Below, piece by piece: positions 1 through 9,435 of a stretch of 64,000 nucleotides of DNA. A program made the position numbers and the translations under genes. The stretch is taken from the NCBI GenBank assembly GCA_016840085.1, contig JAEOTA010000022.1, positions 1 to 64,000 of the forward strand. The letters are read 5' to 3'. How positions within the stretch are numbered: the stretch's first letter is position 1; every line of letters begins with the position of its first letter. Source of the DNA: Promethearchaeota archaeon. Its GTDB lineage: Archaea > Asgardarchaeota > Lokiarchaeia > Sigyniarchaeales > SOKP01. Below the pieces are notes generated by a model. The model was not told where the DNA came from. It saw nothing but the letters and a program-made list of their open reading frames with translations, and did no database searches.

Positions 1-173
1 GCACCAGTGGGTAATTTGAAACCTTCATACTCAAAAGTGGAAAATCTCCCTCCTATACGACTTCTACTCTCCACCACAAGGGCTTTAAATCCCTTACGGG
101 AGAGGAAACTTGCTGCTGTTAATCCACCCAAACCTGATCCAATAATCACTATATCATAATCATCATCCATCAT
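1..173 (-). CDS. FAD-dependent oxidoreductase (phytoene desaturase-like), 5' part; runs off window
   Basis: Manual translation MMDDYDIVIIGSGLGGLTAASFLSRKGFKALVVESRSRIGGRFSTFEYEGFKLPTG: GxGxxG dinucleotide-binding motif plus E..IGGR. Confidence 0.85.
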   Translation of the reverse strand, partial: MMDDDYDIVIIGSGLGGLTAASFLSRKGFKALVVESRSRIGGRFSTFEYEGFKLPTG

Positions 174-579
174 GTCATCCAGCACCTCCAGCATCTCCAA
201 TTAGAATAACTCCAATTGGATTATTAGCGTTAGTCTCTAAGACATCTTGACCAGGCTTTGCATCATACTTTTCTTTTAATTTCTTTTTCATCTATCCACT
301 CCAGAATTACCTGTCATACATAATCGGTTTTATTTTCATCCACTATGAGAGCTTTTTTTAATGGTAAAGACATATTTTATCTGAAATACTTTTTAGATAT
401 TAATGATAAATAGCATTTTAGAAATAATAAAAGTTTAGACAATACCAATTATAATAAATTAATGAACACTAAACTTTGGATATAACAAGGTCTAAATTCC
501 AAAATTCTAGTTTTCATTCTTTTACCAAAATTCCTCCGAATTCAGACGCTGAATTTACCTTTTCTGAAAAATTCATTGT

Positions 580-1245
580 TTAATAGAGAAATGGAATTAG
601 CTTCTTAGTCTTTCCTTTATATTCTTCAAATTGTTTACCAAATTTCTCCAGTAAAATTCTTTCTTCTTCAATTAAACGCATTCTATATACCAAGAAAGTA
701 TAAGTAAATATAATAATAAGAGTAATGATACACCTGAAAACAAGGCAGAATCCAATGGTCGCAATTAAACCACCAGAATACATGGGATTTCTAATATATT
801 TATATACTCCCTGAGTAAAGAGTTGATGATCCTTTTCAGTACTTAATTCCGCGGTTCCAAATCGTCCTAATTGCACTCTTGCCACGAGAATTAGCAAAGA
901 ACCAGTAAGGTAGAGAATGAATCCTATATAACTGATAACAATATTATCCCAGAAAGGCAATATTTGGGATATAAACAATTTATTTTCAAAATAGGCTCCT
1001 ATTAGGAAGAAAGGAGACAATAAAAGCATGGTTAATATTAAAATATCAAAAATTTTCGAAGCTCGTTTTTCTTCTGGAAGAGAACGTATTAACGTATCTG
1101 TAAGAGTAAACATATATGCCGTAAGCAAATAGATCACATAAATAGGAATCGAGTATATCTCTGGTACAAGAATTATGTAGAATATGTTCTGATAAATAAG
1201 GTAAACAATTATGAAAAGCAATAATTTCTTTACAAAATCTTTCAT
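580..1245 (-). CDS. Isoprenylcysteine carboxyl methyltransferase (ICMT/Ste14-like) family membrane protein
   Basis: Multiple TM segments; HQLFTQGVYKYIRNPMY and EERILLEKFGKQFEEY motifs. Confidence 0.85.
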   Translation of the reverse strand: MKDFVKKLLLFIIVYLIYQNIFYIILVPEIYSIPIYVIYLLTAYMFTLTDTLIRSLPEEKRASKIFDILILTMLLLSPFFLIGAYFENKLFISQILPFWDNIVISYIGFILYLTGSLLILVARVQLGRFGTAELSTEKDHQLFTQGVYKYIRNPMYSGGLIATIGFCLVFRCIITLIIIFTYTFLVYRMRLIEEERILLEKFGKQFEEYKGKTKKLIPFLY

Positions 1246-1483
1246 TCGATTATAGGCTCTTTTTTGATAAGAATATTGTTTAATGATTTATAAAAATCTT
1301 ATGGAAAAGTAAATCCCATTAAAAATGTTTACACAATTTTTATATAAATATCTCGATTCTAATAAGTTTACATGTAGGTCACCGACTTTTTGTCGAAATT
1401 TGAAAAAACTTATTTTGAAAAAAATATGAAGCATATTTACATTATTAATAAAGAAATCAGAATATCTTTTAGGTAGTTCAAAT

Positions 1484-1870
1484 ATGAAAAAAGAAATTGT
1501 AAAAATCAATGGAATTAGAAAACCTCAATCTCCGTTTAACTATGTTGTAAAATCAGGGAATTTTTTGTTTCTTACGAGTCAGCTTTCAATAGATCTAAAG
1601 ACAGATAAGATTCTTAGTGGTAATATTGCTGTACAGACAAAGCAAGCTTTGGAGAATATCAAATTCTTACTAGAATCTTCTGGAGCAACAATGGATGATA
1701 TCCTAAAAGTGGTGGTATATATGAGGGATATAAAAGATTTTGATCAAATGAATCGAATTTATCGAAAATATTTTTTAGAAGGTCAAGAACCTGCTAGAGT
1801 AACTATTCAAGCATTATCACCCATTAAAGATATTGACATTGAAATTGAAGTTATAGCATTACTCCCTTAA
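1484..1870 (+). CDS. ridA: RidA/YjgF/UK114 family deaminase
   Basis: QTKQALENIKFLL, KVVVYMRDIKDFDQMNRIY, PARVTI, IEIEVIA. Confidence 0.9.
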   Translation: MKKEIVKINGIRKPQSPFNYVVKSGNFLFLTSQLSIDLKTDKILSGNIAVQTKQALENIKFLLESSGATMDDILKVVVYMRDIKDFDQMNRIYRKYFLEGQEPARVTIQALSPIKDIDIEIEVIALLP

Positions 1871-2023
1871 TTGGAAAATAAAATCCACTCTTCGCAAATT
1901 AGATGAAGAGATATTTAAAGCCATTAAAATTCCTATAAGTGTTTTGGATACATTATATAAAGAAATTTTAAAAGAATTAAGCACTGAAAGAATAAAATAA
2001 TGATTCTAATAGGAAATTTGTGA

Positions 2024-2117
2024 AAGTGAGGAAGACAGAAGACAACATGATTACATAAATTGGTATTATGAACAAATAGAAAAATTTACTAAAAGATATC
2101 TTGATAAAGAAAAAAGG
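2024..2117 (+). repeat. Orphan copy of the 3' end of the Zn-finger gene (43749-43843); left boundary marker of the island
   Basis: 44 bp identical (2031-2074 = 43756-43799, GAAGACAGAAGACAACATGATTACATAAATTGGTATTATGAACA) with degenerate similarity on either side. Confidence 0.9.
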
Positions 2118-2349
2118 TATTTTGATAAATTATTCTGCCAAAAAAAAAAGCTGGAGAAGAGGTATATGAGAAGCTCCAACTATCAACTTCTTGAGTTTTC
2201 GCTTTAGTCATGAGATCTTCTAATAAAATATCATGTATTCAAGCTTTTCTCTATCCAATATTAGGATCTCAAATTCCCGATTAAATATTTTCTGGGTAAC
2301 TGAAATTCTTGTTGTGACACAGTTAAAAACAACGTTCTTATCCATTATT

Positions 2350-2898
2350 TTATGTAAATTTTAAATCTTTTATATTAGGATATTTACTATCTTCTTCTTC
2401 ATCAATTTGTTCACATTTCCAAATTGAGTCTTCTAATACTAAAAAATAATCAATATAAATATTAGTGTTCTTATCTTTTAGTAAATCATATAGTAATAAC
2501 TCTGTTTTAATTCTTTGACCATAGATGCTCTCTCGAAGTTTATTTGAGTCATATAAATCCTTCCACTTTAAAGTATAGTATAGAGCTTTAATAATATCCT
2601 TCTTATATGGGAAACCTCTAAAGGAAGTGTCAAAAATTTCTATCCATAAGATATTAATTTGATCTGGGATTTGCGGGGATTGTTTAGATAAATCTAAATA
2701 CTGATAATTATGACTTAACATAATTAAATCTGGTATAATCCCTTCAGATCTACCAGTTATTTATTTAATTTGAGTAGGAAGATGTTGGATATTAGCCTCA
2801 ATATATTCAGTTTGGGAAAACATCCCTGATCTTGAATTATAGTGTTTGAAATAATCTTTAGCATACTGTAATCTTTCTTGATGTATATCGCCACGCAT
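2350..2898 (-). pseudogene. Putative PD-(D/E)XK-like nuclease pseudogene (premature TAA at 2761-2763)
   Basis: ATG at 2898 reads MRGDIHQERLQYAKDYF...PTQIK*ITGRSEGIIPDLIMLSH, in frame into ORF 2350..2721; PDL...WIEI pattern. Confidence 0.55.
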
Positions 2899-3096
2899 AT
2901 CATAATAGTTTATTTTTAAATAGAAAAACTTTTCTGAAAATCATTTACAATTGGTATCTTACTTTGTCATGAGGAGGCACCATCAGAAGGAGATGGTATT
3001 TGGAGTAGAGAATGTGGAAAAAGATATATTTCTATTGCATTTATTATAAAATCAGATAAAAGTTAATTGCAAACATTTTTTATAAGATAGATATAT

Positions 3097-4029
3097 ATGT
3101 ATGAATCATTCCCCCATGTTTTTTCTGAAAAGAATCCCCAAAGTTAAATATATTTAAGGGATCTAGTATCTTTTATTCAAATAATACTAAAAAGGATTGA
3201 GGTAGCAAAAGAGAAATATGGAGAAACTCTTGGTAGTAATGTTGGAGAAAATTTTAAGCAACTACAATATTTAAAACTTGATGTGAGATCTTTATATTTA
3301 TTTTCATCGGCTTTTCTAGATTATTTAGTGAAATATATTTCTCATTCATTTTTTCAAGATTATATTAAATCTGGGCTTAAGAATAAATCATTTCGTCACC
3401 ATATAAAAGCTCTGGAAAAATTTGAGAGATTAGATGAATTATTTAACGAATATAAGAATTTTTTGCTAAAGAAAGAACAAATTCTAGAATTTAGAATTAT
3501 AAATATAAGAGACAAAATGATAACTCACCGATATACGGATATCAATGAGTTTTGGGGTTATGACCCAAGGACGAAAACATTTTACATTTATTTTACAAAA
3601 CAAAAAGATTTCTATGAAATAGAAGATCAACTAAAAAACGATATCGGATCAATGATTCAAAAGTATAATATTGAAAAAGAGTTTAATCCTAGATTAACTA
3701 GTGAATTTGTCTATTATGATTCAATATTGGAGGAGTTGGAAAATCTTCCTATTAGTTTTGAAAAAAAAGATAGAGATTTGATAAAGAAATCTAGAATCGC
3801 ATTAGGAGCAATCATAAATGGTGAAAAAGTCTATAAGCTTCTTTATGAAACTTCTGAAGGATTATGTAAGATATTGAATAAGAATGGTCTTAGGTTTATG
3901 CCAAGATATAGAGAGTATGTGGAATATCTGAGAATTTTTATCAAGTATTTTGGAGGAGTTACCACGGGGGAGGGAGAAAAGAGAGGTAAAAAAATAAAGA
4001 TAAAAAATTTACAGCTCTTTTTCTCTTAA
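3097..4029 (+). pseudogene. HEPN-motif protein, paralog of 23558..24385, with premature TAA at 3145-3147
   Basis: MYESFPHVFSEKNPQS*IYLRDLVSFIQIILKRI...LDVRSLYLF aligns with the paralog N-terminus; both share the RDKMITHR motif. Confidence 0.7.
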
Positions 4030-4257
4030 TCTACATATAAAAGCCTTCAACATTCTTATATCTCGATTATTTAGCTTATTGCTTAAAATTATATCTTTAT
4101 AGTCAAGTCTGTCTAAATTACTTGCCAATTCCACTAAATCTTCCTCTATTGAATCAAAATCGTCATTTAATTCAATGATTTTATTGAAAAATACATTTAA
4201 ATTCTTATAAAGTAAAAGTAATTTGTTTAGTTTGGATTCTACAAGTATAGTTTCCAA
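4009..4257 (-). CDS. Hypothetical protein / gene fragment
   Basis: 82-aa ORF with protein-like composition and a TTG start; no motif. Confidence 0.3.
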   Translation of the reverse strand: METILVESKLNKLLLLYKNLNVFFNKIIELNDDFDSIEEDLVELASNLDRLDYKDIILSNKLNNRDIRMLKAFICRLREKEL

Positions 4258-4657
4258 TTTATGTCATTTATCGAAAATGAAAAGGAGTTGTAAATATAAG
4301 AGTAGTTTTAAGAAATTCTTTTATATTTAAGATTGGATTTACTTATTGACCAATTAATTGACCAACCACGGTTAAAGAAATGAATAAAATCCCCATTATC
4401 TTTTTTGGTTATTTTGAAATACTCCATATTAAAGAACTTAGCAAAATCTAATTTATGAATGATTAGGCTGTAAAATCTTTTAAAAAATCCCTTACTAAAA
4501 TATGAGAAAAAAATCACCATAAAAGCTTCTTAGAACTCTCTAATTTGAAGAAATCTACTTTTGGTTTAAATTAATGGTAGAAAAATCCTTTATAATACTT
4601 GACTTTCCAATCCTAAATATAAAAGCAATGCGACAGAATGAGAAAAATTATTAATGA

Positions 4658-6412
4658 TTATAAAATACCTTGAATATTTAATTTTGGAATTAAATCTGAA
4701 AATCCCTTTTTCTTTGGATAATTCTCATTTAAGTATTCTGAAATTTTATCAATCCATTCAAGAAAATCTTCTTTATTAAATTTTAGTTCAAAAATTTTAT
4801 TATTTAAAAATTCATCAATAATATTAATATCTCCTAATATAGACAAACGTATTTCATCATTATTAATCTTATGACTAATACTTAATCCAAAAATTTTAAC
4901 AATTTCATTGCTCTTAATATTTGACAAGAATTCCTTAATAACTTCAAAAGTTCTATAGACAAGTTTAGATGTATCAATTTGATCATGAATAATTAATGGG
5001 ACTCTAATTTGCTCTTTATACTCCCTATTAATACCTAACTTGCTTGAGATTTCATAAGGGACTTTATTTTTATCTAGAATATTTAAAAAATTTTCATTTA
5101 TATTCTGATTTAATGGATGGATTGATACAATTTTTCGTTCTTGAGTTATATTATATTCCCATGGATGAAATGAGATTAATAGCTGAAGTTTAGGGAAGTA
5201 ATCTTTATTAAGAATGCCATTAGAAGATTCATTTTTTTCTAATTTATATGTTTCAAGCACTTCATCCTTTCCACCAAGATATTCACCAACTAAATAATTA
5301 TCTCTATAATAATCAGATAGCAATCTTTTCCATTTTGGTATTGCTAATTCTCCATCTAATCTCCAAAGTTTAATATAATTAGTTTTTCTTCCTGCTTTAG
5401 AAAGATTAGAATTAATTCTTTTTGTTAATTGATCTTTGGTGTAAAGTCGTACGGCACCATCAAAATGAACTTCCTTCAAATTTTCACTGAAGATGGAGTG
5501 TACATATCTACACCCATAATAGTCTATCTTATCTAACGGTGGTTTAATTGAAGGGGGATCGATATATAGCTCTTCTGCCTCAAAATTGTTTTTATCTTTT
5601 TTCGACTGCCAATTAAAATCTGTCCTAATTAAAGATGTAAATGATTTTTGCGATCCAACAACATATTTAGTTTCACCTGGTTTAATTGAATTTAAATTAT
5701 CTTCAAAGAAAGGACCCCACCAGTACTCCCTCTCATGATACATCGCAACTGTTGATGCCAGACCAACCATATCAGGATCAATCCTTATTTTAATATTGTC
5801 AATTGATTCACTAATTTTTTTTAATTGAAAAAGAAATGGTAGGTTTATCCCATTAAGTATATGAAAAGATCTTCGAAAAAATCTATGTGCAAAGATGCAT
5901 AATTTTCCAATTTTGTAGATTCCTAAATCCAGAGGTTCTAGTTCATTTAATGATACTAATCCATCTTTATCATATTTATTATCTAAGTTGGGAAAAACCC
6001 TATTAGTTAATCCTGGTTCAAAAAAGTAGACACATTCTTGGGCGTAAGGTTTTTCATGATTATTTAGGCTATTTTGGATTAAATTTTTTAACTCACCAAT
6101 TTTTTCTTCATTATCTTTAATCTTTTGATTATAAAACTGATTAAATTTTTTTACAATTAATTGAAATTCTCGATTATTTTCAACAAGTTTAGTACTAACT
6201 AAGTTTCTCACTATTCCAGGTTCTATATGAATTCCAAAAATTTGATTCCAACCAATAAGATTATTATAATCGTGACCTAAAAGCATTGGAGTTCCTTTTC
6301 TATAATAATCCCATGCTATTAGAGCTAAATTTCTGGGCAAAATTCTACTTTCAACGCCTCTGTCATCTAACACTACTTCATCTGTTGCTGAAACCCCTAT
6401 CATAGTTTTCAT
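4658..6412 (-). CDS. Conserved hypothetical protein; N-terminus resembles HK97-type prohead protease motif
   Basis: 584-aa ORF; PMLLGHDYNNLIGW; C-terminal RYVHSIF...HFDGAVRLY...KLWRLDG block. Confidence 0.7.
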   Translation of the reverse strand: MKTMIGVSATDEVVLDDRGVESRILPRNLALIAWDYYRKGTPMLLGHDYNNLIGWNQIFGIHIEPGIVRNLVSTKLVENNREFQLIVKKFNQFYNQKIKDNEEKIGELKNLIQNSLNNHEKPYAQECVYFFEPGLTNRVFPNLDNKYDKDGLVSLNELEPLDLGIYKIGKLCIFAHRFFRRSFHILNGINLPFLFQLKKISESIDNIKIRIDPDMVGLASTVAMYHEREYWWGPFFEDNLNSIKPGETKYVVGSQKSFTSLIRTDFNWQSKKDKNNFEAEELYIDPPSIKPPLDKIDYYGCRYVHSIFSENLKEVHFDGAVRLYTKDQLTKRINSNLSKAGRKTNYIKLWRLDGELAIPKWKRLLSDYYRDNYLVGEYLGGKDEVLETYKLEKNESSNGILNKDYFPKLQLLISFHPWEYNITQERKIVSIHPLNQNINENFLNILDKNKVPYEISSKLGINREYKEQIRVPLIIHDQIDTSKLVYRTFEVIKEFLSNIKSNEIVKIFGLSISHKINNDEIRLSILGDINIIDEFLNNKIFELKFNKEDFLEWIDKISEYLNENYPKKKGFSDLIPKLNIQGIL

Positions 6413-7134
6413 CTTTTTATTTCCCTTCTATGATTTTTTTATCTCAAATTTTAGTATATAAACATATTAACTAAAATATGATCATTTTATACTATTATTT
6501 AACATTTTTGTTCAATTTAAATAAAAATGAAAATCCTAATTATTAACAATACTCTTTAATTTAACACCTAAAGACATGATAATCTAACCTTGATATCATT
6601 ATTATTTCCTTAAATCCTTATATTATTTTTTTACTTTATTGTTAAAGAGTAAATAGAATTAGTGATTAATCTAATTCTTAAATAATAATGATTAAGAAAA
6701 ACACATAGAGAATAAGCTAATCTCCACTTTAAAATTCCTTCCTCTACTTTTTCAGGAGGGGGTACCACAGCATTACCTAAACTAGATGTGTCCTTCATTG
6801 GAGAAATTGCAATATAATTAAATCACTTTAGTTGTTAACTTATTAAAATAAGTCCAGCTTATCTTTATTAAAATTTGGGAATTTATGAAAGGATTAAAGA
6901 TAGTAATTTTCTGAGTTGGCAGAGGAGCTTGTATTTGGTTTGAAATCAATTGATAATGATATTGAAATAGATGATAAAAATTATGAAATCATATAGTTTT
7001 TGATAAGCTATTTTTGTATCAAACTAAAAAACTTCAATTTTTTTTTAATAATTGTAGTTATTTAGATAATATAAAAAATTAAGTATTTAAATAGTCTCTA
7101 GAAATATATAGAATAAGGAATTTTATTAATTCTT

Positions 7135-8286
7135 ATGAATCAGAAATCAATTGCCATTATTAATCCAAAAATTTTAAAATGGGCACGTGAACAATGTGGT
7201 TTAACCCATCAAGAAGCAGTAGGTTCATATTTCAATCCTGAAAAGTTAGAAAAAGCTGAGAAAGGGAAAATATATCTCACATTTAATCAATTTCTAACGA
7301 TTGCTAACAGATATGGTAGGAATCCTGCTTTCTTTTACTTAGATCATATCCCTAAGGAGGTATTAATAGAAGACTTCAGAACACCTAGTTCCCTAAAAGT
7401 AAAATATAGTCCAAAATTGAGAAAAACCATCATAAATGTTAAAGAAAAGCATGAACTGGCAGTAGATTTTAAAAATTATGATAGAGAATATGATTATTCT
7501 TATGTAAATTTGATCAGTATAGAAAGTAATGTTGAAGATGTAGCTAAAAAAATATCAAATTTACTAGATATTAATCTTAAAGAGCGTAAATTGTGGAAGA
7601 ATAAGTATTCAGCGCTTAAAGGTTGGATAAAAGCTATTGAAACAAGGGGAATATTAGTTTTTCAACTAAGTCATATAGATACTAGTGAAATGAGAGCTTT
7701 CTCAATCTCTGAAACACCTTTCCCTGTCATAGCATTAAATAGAGGTGATAGCCCATTCGGAAGGATATTTTCATTAATACATGAATTATGTCATATTATG
7801 TTAAAAAAAGGAGGTATCTGTACATATCGCTTTCAGGATGAAGAGCACTTCAAAATTGAAAAATTTTGCAATGCTGTTGCAGGTGAAGTGTTGGTCCCTA
7901 AACCTTCCTTATTAAAACAAAAAATTATAATAAAGCATGGATCTTCGGTTGAATGGGATGAAAGAGAATTAAAATCATTAAGTAAAGTCTATTGGGTTAG
8001 TAGTGAAGTAATACTACGTCGTCTTCTCACTCTAAATTTAACTTCTAAAACATTTTATCAAAAAATGAGAGAAAACTGGAAAAAAAGAGAGCGTGAACAA
8101 GGAGGATTTGGAGAGAAAGGGCATTTAAAAGTATTAAGAACTAATTCTCCAAATTTCATCAAAATCGTCTTAAATGCTATGTATGATAATAAGATTCTTA
8201 TGACTGATGTTTCTTACTATTTAGATATGAGTTTAAAGTATTTTAATGACTTAGTTAAAAATTTCAAAAGATCCCAATATGAATAG
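7135..8286 (+). CDS. XRE-HTH + ImmA/IrrE metallopeptidase
   Basis: INPKILKWAREQCGL HTH; RIFSLIHELCH (HExxH) and IEKFCNAVAGEVLVP. Confidence 0.9.
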   Translation: MNQKSIAIINPKILKWAREQCGLTHQEAVGSYFNPEKLEKAEKGKIYLTFNQFLTIANRYGRNPAFFYLDHIPKEVLIEDFRTPSSLKVKYSPKLRKTIINVKEKHELAVDFKNYDREYDYSYVNLISIESNVEDVAKKISNLLDINLKERKLWKNKYSALKGWIKAIETRGILVFQLSHIDTSEMRAFSISETPFPVIALNRGDSPFGRIFSLIHELCHIMLKKGGICTYRFQDEEHFKIEKFCNAVAGEVLVPKPSLLKQKIIIKHGSSVEWDERELKSLSKVYWVSSEVILRRLLTLNLTSKTFYQKMRENWKKREREQGGFGEKGHLKVLRTNSPNFIKIVLNAMYDNKILMTDVSYYLDMSLKYFNDLVKNFKRSQYE

Positions 8287-8755
8287 GCAGATTTATCCAT
8301 ATGCTAGGTATAGTTTTGACACTTCAGCATTTATTGAATCATGGAATCGTTGGTATGCTCCTGATATTTTTAAATCATTATGGAAATTTATTACAGATCA
8401 AATTGAAAATGATATAATTATTGCTTCAATTGTGGTTAGAGAGGAGTTAGAAAGGCAACATGATAAATTACTTGAATATGTTAAAAAATTTTCAAATTTA
8501 TTTAAGAATCCAATTGAAGAAGAACATGATACTATTCGGTTAATTGTTAATAATCCTAATTATGAACATTGGGGACGTGGTGTCTCCCATAAGGCAGATC
8601 CCTTTGTAATTGCGTTAGGGAGAGTGTGTAATATATGTGTTGTGACATTTGAAGATCCAACCAAAAATGGCAAAATCCCTGCTGCTTGTAGAGAATATAA
8701 TGTTGATTGTTGTGATTTTCCTGAATTTTTAAGGAGAGAAAGCTTTAGTATATAA
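8279..8755 (+). CDS. DUF4411 family PIN-domain protein
   Basis: YSFDTSAFI...YAPDIFKSLW...V.EEL...ADPFVIALG...VVTFE...KIPAAC; overlaps upstream IrrE gene by 8 nt. Confidence 0.88.
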   Translation: MNRQIYPYARYSFDTSAFIESWNRWYAPDIFKSLWKFITDQIENDIIIASIVVREELERQHDKLLEYVKKFSNLFKNPIEEEHDTIRLIVNNPNYEHWGRGVSHKADPFVIALGRVCNICVVTFEDPTKNGKIPAACREYNVDCCDFPEFLRRESFSI

Positions 8756-8986
8756 AATTTATGATCAACCTAATAATTACAACTTTAGTATTTTTTTTTA
8801 AAATTAATCTTGATAATGAAAATAATATTATAGAGTGGTTATCTAACTTTTTTGGATGTGGCAATATGGGGGGAGAGAGAAAAGAGAAAATATTTCTTTA
8901 ATTTCAATTTTAACACAGTACAGCATTTTAATTTTTAATTTCAAGAGCACCACACTAGGAAAGATCGAGAACATGTTTAATCATTA

Positions 8987-9198
8987 CTAAAAAATGCCAA
9001 CATTCCTTTCTCTAAATTATAATATAAAAGAAATCCTAATATGATTTGAATATAAAATTTTTTGAATATTAGTACTTATTATAAAATCCCTTACAGAGAA
9101 ATAATCATCTTTTTACTCAATAAAAAACCTGCAAAGATTCTCTTTTTATATAGACGATTTTTCTTTTTATATTTAAACATAAAATTCAAAAGCTAAAA
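8987..9198 (+). repeat. ~210-bp non-coding direct repeat, copy 1
   Basis: Collinear with 16501-16714 (shared blocks e.g. AAAAATGCCAAC, ATCCCTTACAGAGAAATAA, AAAAAACCTGCAAAGAT, TAAACATAAAATTCAAAAG); roughly 85% identical by eye. Confidence 0.9.
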
Positions 9199-9435
9199 AA
9201 ATTGAAATTAAAAAAAGCCCAAATGAAATTACACAAATTAATTGGATGTTTAAGTAATTCCACCTTTGAAATTTTTTTCTAAACTTCTTGATAAATTGAA
9301 TTTCTATAATCTTTGCTTCTGGGATGGCACTACAGAGGAGAAAACAATTATCAAATGAAAAAATGAGTAAAATTTTAATGATTAAAAATCTATAAAACTC
9401 TTAGATTAATTTTAATTTATTCAAAAAATCCATAT

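Noticed and set aside
2200-2330. Possible inverted degenerate copy of the 2350..2898 gene (QIPD-like stretch on + strand)
   Set aside because: Similarity is too short and too interrupted to support by eye
2761-3147. TAA readthrough / alternative genetic code suggested by two nearby in-frame TAAs
   Set aside because: TAA is the normal stop of most genes here, including ribosomal proteins; simple pseudogenisation explains both
4308-4520. 70-aa ORF
   Set aside because: Low-complexity F/K-rich translation typical of AT-rich non-coding DNA
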